A DNA stretch of 32,000 nucleotides from Promethearchaeota archaeon. GTDB taxonomy: Archaea; Asgardarchaeota; Lokiarchaeia; Sigyniarchaeales; SOKP01. Below, in pieces: positions 26,637-32,000 of this stretch. How positions within the stretch are numbered: position 1 is the first letter of the stretch; each line of letters opens with the position of its first letter. The position numbers and the translations under genes were made by a program. Location: assembly GCA_030606485.1 (NCBI GenBank), contig JAUWGH010000002.1:30001-62000 (forward strand), read 5' to 3'. The notes below the pieces were generated by a model. It was given only the letters and a program-made list of their open reading frames with translations, did not search any database and had not been told where the DNA came from.

Positions 26637-28580
26637 TTGAGTAAAGAAATTTTACGCATTGGATATTATGCATGTCAATGAGGCTTGAATATTTCTGCGA
26701 AAGTTGATTGTTCTGAAGTTGTAGAGTATATGAAACAATTTGATAATGTTGAAACAAGTCGCATCTTTAGTTTTTTATGTACTGAACAAGGGCAGAAATT
26801 AATAATGGACGATATCAAAGAAAAAAAGATTAATCGGGTTGTAGCCGCAGCCTGAACTCCTAGAACTCATGAACCGATTTATAGAGAGTCTTTAGAACGG
26901 GCAGGACTTAGTAAATTTTATTTTCAAATGGTAAATATTAGAGAACAATGTTCTTGGATTACAGAAGACGAAGTTTCAGCAACCGATAAAGCAAAAATTT
27001 TAAGCAGAGCAGGTTATGAAAGGGCAAAAAGATTGGAAATAGTACCGACAAAAATTATTCCTATAAAAAAAGTTACTTTAGTAGTTGGTGGAGGAATCGC
27101 TGGATTAAATGCGGCATTAGACCTGGCAAATCAAGGAATAAAGGTATATTTGATAGAAAGTAAAACTACAATTGGGGGCAGAATGGCTCAGTTAGATCGA
27201 ACATTTCCAACTGATGATTGTTCTATATGAATTCTTGGTCCAAAAATGCTTGAAGCTAATCGAAATGAGAATATTGAAATTATTAGTTATAGTGAAGTTG
27301 ATAAAGTTGAAGGATATGTTGGAAATTATGAAGTTACGATAAAGAAAAAACCTAGATATGTTATAGAAGATTTGTGCAATGGTTGTGGAGATTGTACGCC
27401 AGTATGTCCAATTTACATACCGAATTATTGGCAAGAAAATTTAGGTTCAAGAAAATGTATCGATATATGTTTTGGGCAAGCTATTCCTTTTGTTTATGAT
27501 CTTGAAAAAGAATCTTGCGTTGAATGATATGCTTGTGTAGATGCTTGCGAGCCACATGCAATTGATTTGAGTCAAGAACCTGAATATGTCGAAATTGAAG
27601 TGGGTACAATAATAGTTGCAACGGGTTGGGATTTATATAATCCTACAGAATATGGATATGGAGAATATCAAAATGTTATAAACGAAATCCAGCTTGAAAG
27701 GATATTAGCACCAAATGGTCCAACAATGGGCCATGTAAAAAGACCATCAGATGGAAAAACACCTAAAGAAATATTATTTATTCAATGTGTTGGCTCGAGA
27801 GATACAGAAAACGCGTATTGTTCTGGTGTGTGTTGCATGATCGCTTTAAAAAATGCTAAATTACTTAAAGAAGAAATCCCTGATTGCCATATAACCATCT
27901 GCTACATTGATATAAGAGCATTTGAAAAGAACTTTGAAGAATACTATATGAGAACTCTTGATAAAGGTATTGACTTTATTCGAGGTAAAGTTCCAGAACT
28001 AATAGAGGATTCTGAAACCAAAAATCTCAAGGTAAGAGTATATTCTTCATTAACAGATGAGATAATAAAAATTGATGCAGACTTAGTAGTTTTATCAACT
28101 GCGGTATTACCATCTAAAGGAACGAGGCAAATAGCAGATGTTCTTGGAATTGATTATGATACAAATGGATACCTGACTGAACATCATTTTGGCTTAAGCC
28201 CTCAGGAAACTAAATATCTAGGAATTTATATTTGTGGTTTTGCGCAAGGACCAAAAAATATATCATACTCAGTTTCTCAAGCGAGAGCAGCCGCAAGTAA
28301 GGTTGCAGAATTGACATCCAAGGGAGAAGCGGAGCTTGAATTAATATGTGCGATTGTTGATGAAGAAAATTGTATTTCTTGTTATCGCTGCGAAAAAAAT
28401 TGTCCAAAGAATGCTATTATTGTACCTGAAGGAAAAATTGCTGAAGTCGATGAGATCAATTGTGACGGGTGTGGAATCTGTGCAACATGTTGTCCAACTC
28501 AAGCAATACAAATTAGATATTATACAGATGATCAAATATTTAATCAAGTCTTAGCACTAATAAAGGAAGTAAATGTATAA
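26637..28580 (+). CDS. hdrA: Heterodisulfide reductase subunit A, selenoprotein with 4 UGA-Sec codons (647 aa)
   Basis: TTG 26637 and track fragments 26928, 27246 and 27567 all lie in one frame. In-frame TGA at 26679 (CQUG), 26853 (AAUTPRTHE), 27228 (DDCSIUILGPKM) and 27525 (CVEUYACVDAC) each align to conserved HdrA cysteines. GGGIAG, NIREQCSW and QCVGSRD...CSGVCC are intact. Confidence 0.93.
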
Positions 28581-28592
28581 ACCGAAAAATTC

Positions 28593-28598
28593 AGGTGA
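28593..28598 (+). promoter_or_regulatory. Shine-Dalgarno site for vhuD
   Basis: AGGTGA, 5 nt upstream of ATG 28604. Confidence 0.6.
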
Positions 28599-28603
28599 GA
28601 TAT

Positions 28604-29071
28604 ATGAAAATGAATATCATTACGTTTGCTTGTAATAAATGAGGTTATAGTGCTGCAGATTTAGCTGGTGTTTCAAGATTGAAATATACTCCCAATGTAA
28701 AAATTATTCGTCTGCGATGTACAGGTAGAGTCGATATAAAACACCTAATTTATGCAATTAATAATGGTGCCGATGGAGTAATGGTTGTAGGATGACAAGA
28801 AAATCAATGTGAATTTAAAACTGGAAACTTTATTGCCGCAAAGCATGTCGAATTTGTTAAGAGAATTCTAGATAGGCGTGGTCTGGGAGGAGACCGAGTA
28901 AACATGTATAACTGCACTGGAGCTGAAGCTGTAAAATTTGTAAAATCGGTCGAAGATATGGTATATAAAATAGAAAAATTGGGATTGAATCCATTAAAAA
29001 CAGATCAAGCAGTTATTAAGGCAGAAATAAAAGAAGTAGATAAAAAATTAATAACCAAAACCCCCATTTGA
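28604..29071 (+). CDS. vhuD: MvhD/VhuD [2Fe-2S] subunit, selenoprotein with 2 UGA-Sec codons (155 aa)
   Basis: Manual translation MKMNIITFACNKUGYSAADLAG...IRLRCTGRVD...GADGVMVVGUQENQCEF...LGLNPLK. TGA at 28640 and 28793 replace the cysteines of CNWC and GC. It is absent from the ORF track. Confidence 0.92.
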
Positions 29072-29139
29072 ATGATCTTTAAAATGAAAGCTTAAAATTA
29101 AGAAATTTTATTGGGACGTCCCTGCAAGGGATATGGGGG
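29061..29139 (+). promoter_or_regulatory. Candidate SECIS / structured RNA element 3' of vhuD
   Basis: CCCCCAU (29061-67) pairs with AUGGGGG (29133-39). Inside it, AUGA (29084-87)-N12-AA-N13-GA (29115-16) surrounds a UAAAAUU/AAUUUUA stem. Confidence 0.5.
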
Positions 29140-29163
29140 CTTAAAAAAAATTTAATTAGGAAG

Positions 29164-30645
29164 GTGAATCTTATAGAAAATATTGATCTAAAAAATTTAA
29201 TGGAATCTACATATAACGCTATAAGTAATTTTCAAATTCGTGCGTTATATGAAGGAAAAGATGATATTTTAAAATTTGGAAGATTTAGTGAGGAAGATTT
29301 TAATTTTATTTTAGATTCACTTCTCGATGCTGAGACAGAAAGAAATTTAATATTAAAAAAATTAATAGGGTTTCCTCCGCTTACTCTTGAAGAAATAGTG
29401 GAGAAAGTGGAATATGATAAGAAAATTTTAGTACCAACAGTTGAATATTTAACCCAACAAGGTTATGTTGAAAAATTAATTGAAATAAAGACAGAAATTA
29501 AAAAAGTAAAAAATAAAGAGGGAAATTTTATAGATAAAGAAATAAAGATTGAAATTGTTCGATATCAAGCCAAATCCCTTGATAATTCTTTTCGAGAAAA
29601 TTATTTTGAGCCAATTTCTTTAGTATTTGAGAATAATTTTTGTTGTAATTGTGGTTATTGCTCATCAATATGCCCAGTTGGCTCAATAACAGTAACTGCA
29701 GATGATCTTAAAATTGATTCTGAGACTTGCATTAAATGTGGACTTTGTTTTTCTGTTTGCCCGAGGTCATTTCCATCTGAGCATATTTTTACAGTTTTAA
29801 ATAAATTAAATCCTAATTTGAAGAATGGTGCCGCAATTAATTATTATATAAATGCATATACTGCAAGTACAAAAAGTGATGAAATTAAAGAAGTATGCCA
29901 AGATGGTGGTATAGTAACAACATTATTATATTATTTACTGAAAGAAAAAGAAATTGATGCTGCGATAGCAGTAACCCATTCTGAAGATATTTGGAGACCA
30001 AAACCTATTATAATTGAGAATGTTGATGATCTTTATAAAACCGCTGGTACAAAATATGCTAATTCTCCAAGTTTAACAATTTTGAATGAAGCACAAAAAT
30101 TTGATAAAATTGCAGTCGTTGGAACTCCATGTATGATGTTAGCACTCAAAAAAGGAAGTGTTTATCCAATTGGAACATCTTTTTTTAATAATATTAAATA
30201 TACTATTGGTTTATTCTGCATGGAATCATTCAGCTATGATAATGTTATCAATATAAGCACTGAAATTTTTAATAAGAAATTAGAGAACATTTTAAAAATG
30301 GACATTAGTGGAGGAAAATTTATTGTTAAAGATAAAAATGGAGAAGAAGCCAAAGTTCCATTAAAAGAAGTAACTTCCTTAGCAAGAGATGTATGCCATT
30401 ATTGTAGTGATTTAACGTCCGAATTTGCAGATATTTCAGTAGGTTCAATAGGCTCAAGTGCAGGTTGGTCTTCAGTTATTACAAGAACAAAAGTTGGAAA
30501 TGATTTATTTAATAAATTGATAAATGGCAATTTAGTAGAAGTTAAGGATTTAGCTGAAGTAAAACCTGGATTCGGTTTGGTTAAGAAAATTTCAGGAATT
30601 AAAAATTCAAAATGCAAAAAAATTGAATTCAATGTAAAAAAATAA
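29164..30645 (+). CDS. FrhB/FdhB-family protein with N-terminal helical/wHTH domain and 2x[4Fe-4S]
   Basis: GTG start after AGGAAG. CCNCGYCSSICP...CIKCGLCFSVCP, QDGGIVT, VGTPC, GLFCMESF, CHYCSD...DISVG. Confidence 0.88.
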   Translation: MNLIENIDLKNLMESTYNAISNFQIRALYEGKDDILKFGRFSEEDFNFILDSLLDAETERNLILKKLIGFPPLTLEEIVEKVEYDKKILVPTVEYLTQQGYVEKLIEIKTEIKKVKNKEGNFIDKEIKIEIVRYQAKSLDNSFRENYFEPISLVFENNFCCNCGYCSSICPVGSITVTADDLKIDSETCIKCGLCFSVCPRSFPSEHIFTVLNKLNPNLKNGAAINYYINAYTASTKSDEIKEVCQDGGIVTTLLYYLLKEKEIDAAIAVTHSEDIWRPKPIIIENVDDLYKTAGTKYANSPSLTILNEAQKFDKIAVVGTPCMMLALKKGSVYPIGTSFFNNIKYTIGLFCMESFSYDNVINISTEIFNKKLENILKMDISGGKFIVKDKNGEEAKVPLKEVTSLARDVCHYCSDLTSEFADISVGSIGSSAGWSSVITRTKVGNDLFNKLINGNLVEVKDLAEVKPGFGLVKKISGIKNSKCKKIEFNVKK

Positions 30646-30662
30646 TAAAATTTTGTTAAAAA

Positions 30663-31775
30663 ATGAGTCAAGATAAACGAATAAAAAATTTTAAAGATTT
30701 AATTAACGAAGTTCATGATAAAGGTATTTGTCAATTATGTGGTGGATGTGTAAGTTTTTGTAGTTCTGCTGATTATAGGATTATTGATTTTATTAAACCA
30801 GATTTGCCACCACAATTTGTAAATGAAAAAGAATGCTTAGAGTGCGGAATATGTTATCATATTTGTCCACAAACTAAAGTACTAGAAAATAATTTAAATA
30901 TTCAATATAATTATATCAAACCACTTGGCAATTATAAAGAGATATATTCATTTCAAGCATTAGATAAAGATCTCTTAAAAAATGGAACTGATGGTGGAGT
31001 AATATCTGCTATATTATTGTATTTATTGGAACATAATTTAATTGATGGAGCAATCGTTTCAAAAAAGTTGGGACCATTTGCGAGAGATTCAATGGTTGCA
31101 AAATCTAAAAATGATTTAATTTTAGCTGCAGGTTCTCATTTTGATATTTCTTCACAAGTAACAGAAATTGCTAATTTTAGTACCTATAGTCCAACAATTA
31201 TGGCATTAAATAGATATAAATTTAAAAAGCTAGCTGTTATAGGAACTCCTTGTCAAATTTATACGATAAGATGTATGCAAGAAATGGGGGTTACCCCCTC
31301 TCAAAATATAAAATATCTACTTGGATTATTTTGTTATGGAAATTTTACAATGGGTAAAGATAAAAAAGAGAAATTTGAAACTCAATTTAATTTAAAAATT
31401 GAAGAGATTGAGAAATTAAATATTAAGGAAGATATGTTAATAAAATTAAAAGGAAGTGAAGTTATTCAGCATATATCGTTTAGTGAATTATCAGATTATA
31501 TACGTTCCGCTTGTAATGCATGTAATGATTTTACTAATATTTATGCAGATATTTCATTTGGTGGGTTATCATCACCTGAAAAATATACAACAACTATACC
31601 TAGAACCAAACTTGGAATAAATATTGTTAAATCCGCTTTAAATGAGGGATATATAAAAGTTTTATCGGATTTAGAAGGAAAAAGAGATAAAATGTTAGAA
31701 AAATTAATTCAGTTTTCAAAATATAAAGAAGATAGATATAATTTATCGCAAAAAAATTTAGGAGTTAAATTTTAA
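30663..31775 (+). CDS. FrhB/FdhB-family protein with 2x[4Fe-4S]
   Basis: CQLCGGCVSFC...CLECGICYHICP, DGGVIS, IGTPCQ, GLFCYGNF, CNACND...DISFG. Confidence 0.88.
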   Translation: MSQDKRIKNFKDLINEVHDKGICQLCGGCVSFCSSADYRIIDFIKPDLPPQFVNEKECLECGICYHICPQTKVLENNLNIQYNYIKPLGNYKEIYSFQALDKDLLKNGTDGGVISAILLYLLEHNLIDGAIVSKKLGPFARDSMVAKSKNDLILAAGSHFDISSQVTEIANFSTYSPTIMALNRYKFKKLAVIGTPCQIYTIRCMQEMGVTPSQNIKYLLGLFCYGNFTMGKDKKEKFETQFNLKIEEIEKLNIKEDMLIKLKGSEVIQHISFSELSDYIRSACNACNDFTNIYADISFGGLSSPEKYTTTIPRTKLGINIVKSALNEGYIKVLSDLEGKRDKMLEKLIQFSKYKEDRYNLSQKNLGVKF

Positions 31776-31800
31776 AATTACTCAAATTTCTAACAATTCT

Positions 31801-32000
31801 ATGGTTATAAAAGGAAAATTAAGAGAATATCTTAATAATTGCTATCAATGTGCTATGTGTAGTGGCATTTGCCAAATGGGAAGAATACAAAAATACACTC
31901 CTAGTAGGATAATACAACTGATCATTGAAGGTTTTGAAGATCGAATTGTTGAAAGTGGAATGCTTTGGGATTGCTTAACTTGCAATTCTTGCCTTGAAAA
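31801..32000 (+). CDS. hdrC: HdrC-like Fe-S subunit or domain, 5' partial
   Basis: MVIKGKLREYLNNCYQCAMCSGIC...PSRII...LWDCLTCNSCLE; runs off the window, so a longer HdrD/HdrCB fusion cannot be excluded. Confidence 0.7.
   Translation, partial: MVIKGKLREYLNNCYQCAMCSGICQMGRIQKYTPSRIIQLIIEGFEDRIVESGMLWDCLTCNSCLE

Noticed and set aside
26518-26757. 79-aa minus-strand ORF
   Set aside because: Antisense to the true hdrA 5' end and its promoter region; no motif.
26637-28580. hdrA as a pseudogene or as three separate genes
   Set aside because: There are no frameshifts, all interruptions are TGA (never TAA or TAG) and fall at Cys positions, and the other motifs are intact.
26637-29071. Genome-wide reassignment of UGA to Trp or Cys
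   Set aside because: TGA terminates ordinary genes here (476-478, 14153, 22151), Trp is encoded by TGG, and internal TGAs occur only at Cys sites of two known selenoprotein families.
29061-29139. tRNA or tRNA-Sec (79-nt cloverleaf-like fold with a 7-bp outer stem)
   Set aside because: No T-psi-C loop, no 7-nt anticodon loop, no D-loop GG, and it overlaps the vhuD coding end.
692-30671. Remaining short overlapping ORFs in the track (e.g. 692, 1044, 1214, 2866, 6100, 7361, 9563, 9751, 11754, 12408, 13571, 14978, 15571, 18786, 21691, 25098, 27192, 28210, 28341, 28348, 30399)
   Set aside because: They lie wholly or largely on top of well-supported genes, with antisense-like Phe/Ser/Ile-rich composition and no motifs.
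1-32000. CRISPR arrays, IS elements, integrases, rRNA or tRNA genes
   Set aside because: No periodic repeats, transposase-like ORFs or extended GC-rich structural RNA tracts were seen by eye. A tRNAscan/Infernal run would be needed to exclude small RNAs fully.

Overview
This is a very AT-rich (roughly 30% GC by eye) archaeal window, most likely from an Asgard archaeon of the Lokiarchaeota/Promethearchaeota type. That assignment is inferred from the archaeal uL16/L10e, a Rag-like GTPase, an arrestin-fold protein, Sec-encoding hdrA/vhuD and many TTG starts. The left and middle parts hold acyl-CoA metabolism genes (a two-subunit B12 mutase with isobutyryl-CoA-mutase-type residues, a MaoC dehydratase pair, a His-less ACD-like protein, an IVD-type acyl-CoA dehydrogenase), two radical SAM enzymes, rpl10e, nifU, a ThiF-GNAT-GNAT-TPR block and a PAS histidine kinase. 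The main hidden signal is at 26.6-29.1 kb. The ORF track breaks one 647-codon hdrA into fragments and misses vhuD/mvhD entirely, because the two genes carry six in-frame TGA codons (4 in hdrA, 2 in vhuD), all at conserved Fe-S cysteine positions. They are followed by a GC-clamped candidate SECIS. The run continues with two FrhB-like genes and a partial hdrC. Divergent from it is a third FrhB-like gene, co-oriented with a Rag/roadblock GTPase and an arrestin-like gene, and the FrhB-like and arrestin-like proteins appear to share a C-terminal domain. No rRNA, tRNA, CRISPR array or mobile element was seen. All family calls are from motif recognition by eye; no searches were run.
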